Shown here: positions 63,010 to 64,000 of the stretch, piece after piece
Position numbering within the stretch: the first letter of the stretch is position 1
Layout: each line of letters opens with the position of its first letter
NCBI RefSeq assembly: GCF_044239655.1
Contig: NZ_JBIIAY010000001.1
Coordinates: 17,794 to 81,793 of the forward strand
DNA: 64,000 nucleotides
DNA from: Brevundimonas sp.
GTDB lineage: Bacteria > Pseudomonadota > Alphaproteobacteria > Caulobacterales > Caulobacteraceae
Direction of reading: 5' to 3'
Made by a program: the position numbers and the translations under genes
The notes under the pieces: model-generated
Database searches by the model: none
The model's input: only the letters and a program-made list of their open reading frames with translations
What the model was told of the DNA's origin: nothing

Positions 63010-64000
63010 CTACTGGTTCAGGGTGTTGGTCACCGAGATGTCGTAGATCACGCGGGTAAAGGTCTGGACCAGGGTGAAGAATTTGCTCAGTTCCGCCGAA
63101 TCCGAGTTCGGGACATACAGGATGTCGTCCGGCTGGATCATGAAGTTGTTGGCGGTGAAGAAGCCGGTCCCTTCCTCGAGGTTCAGGCGATAGACGACGG
63201 GCACACCGCGCGGCAGCGCCGGCTGGGTCAGGCCGATCGCCTGGGCGACCTCGGGCCGCTCGAAGCGGAAGACCAGGACCGAACGTGCATTGGCGATGGT
63301 GGAGTTCAGCCCGCCGACGCGGCTGAGGGCACCGGCCAGGGTCAGGGGCCCGGCCGCCATCTCGACCTGCGAGATCGCGCCCAGGGCCCCGAACGTCGAA
63401 TAGCGGCGGGGGCGGTAGGTCAGGTTCACCTGATCGCCGCGTTGCAGGCGGATGTTCTCGCCGAACTCGGTCGTGACCACGCCGAGCGGCGCCGTATAGG
63501 TCCGGCCGTCGCGCTGGATGTTGACGATCACGTCCTCGGGCGTACGGGTCGAACCCCCGGCGGCGGCGATGATGTCCAGGATGGTGTTGGCGTTGCCGCT
63601 GAGCAGGGCACGGCCGGGCTGGCGAACCTCGCCCAGGACGGTGACGGTATTGTAGGCGTTGTTGGCCACGGAAACGACGACCTGGGGGTTGCCGACCTTG
63701 CCGCGAAGCGCGCGCTGGATGGCCTGACCGGCCTCGGTGGCGCTCAGGCCTGCAACATTGACCGATCCGGCATAGGGGATGGTCACGGCACCGGCCGAGT
63801 TGACCACGATGGCGGGCAGGTTCTGGTTGCCGGGACGGATGTTCTCGCCCCCCGATCCGCCACCGAACAGGGTGCCGCTGGGCTCCAGAATGGCGACGGC
63901 CAGGGTATCGCCGGGACCGATCATTCCACCACCCGCAGGCTCTGTCGCGTCGGTCAGCGAGCCCAGGAACTGGGAGGGCTGGGCCTTGATCCGCTCGGTC
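63010..64000 (-). CDS. polysaccharide export protein (Wza/GumB-like, Poly_export + SLBB), 5' end outside window
   Basis: IGPGD Poly_export motif, then SLBB-like repeats. The frame stays open upstream of the first Met to the window edge (frame ends at 63999). Confidence 0.8.
   Translation of the reverse strand, partial: TERIKAQPSQFLGSLTDATEPAGGGMIGPGDTLAVAILEPSGTLFGGGSGGENIRPGNQNLPAIVVNSAGAVTIPYAGSVNVAGLSATEAGQAIQRALRGKVGNPQVVVSVANNAYNTVTVLGEVRQPGRALLSGNANTILDIIAAAGGSTRTPEDVIVNIQRDGRTYTAPLGVVTTEFGENIRLQRGDQVNLTYRPRRYSTFGALGAISQVEMAAGPLTLAGALSRVGGLNSTIANARSVLVFRFERPEVAQAIGLTQPALPRGVPVVYRLNLEEGTGFFTANNFMIQPDDILYVPNSDSAELSKFFTLVQTFTRVIYDISVTNTLNQ

Overview
High-GC (about 65-70% by eye) alphaproteobacterial core chromosome, with gene order resembling the Caulobacter crescentus origin region (Caulobacterales-like; the species cannot be named from sequence alone). 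The window spans the putative replication origin. This is a 524-bp gap (4315-4838) between a minus-strand operon (DUF299 kinase-maf-aroE-coaE-dnaQ) and a plus-strand block (hemE-hemH-hemJ-rho-mnmE-mnmG-rsmG-parA-parB). The gap carries DnaA-box-like and CtrA-type TTAA-N7-TTAA motifs. Four parS-like palindromes lie inside coding sequences at 9.8-15 kb. The rest is mostly housekeeping: holA, lptE, leuS, prfA, trpS, murJ, glnD, mutS, asd, mdh, argJ, secA, plus two response regulators and a PleC-like histidine kinase. I found no CRISPR array, rRNA, tRNA, transposase, integrase or recognisable defence operon. The main structure not explained by genes is a dispersed family of about 140-210-bp nested-palindrome intergenic repeats: six full copies, one solo arm, and three sequence-distinct elements with the same architecture. 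These repeats show compensatory stem changes, GANTC sites at a fixed position in some copies, and two cases where a terminal hairpin carries the Shine-Dalgarno sequence of the next gene. Other points worth a second look are a low-GC, atypical-codon orphan membrane protein wedged against trpS (34183-35202), an LMW-PTP-like gene with no canonical start codon, and two small basic ORFs below the 60-aa cutoff of the ORF track. Many long ORFs in the track are antisense or out-of-frame high-GC artefacts and were rejected.
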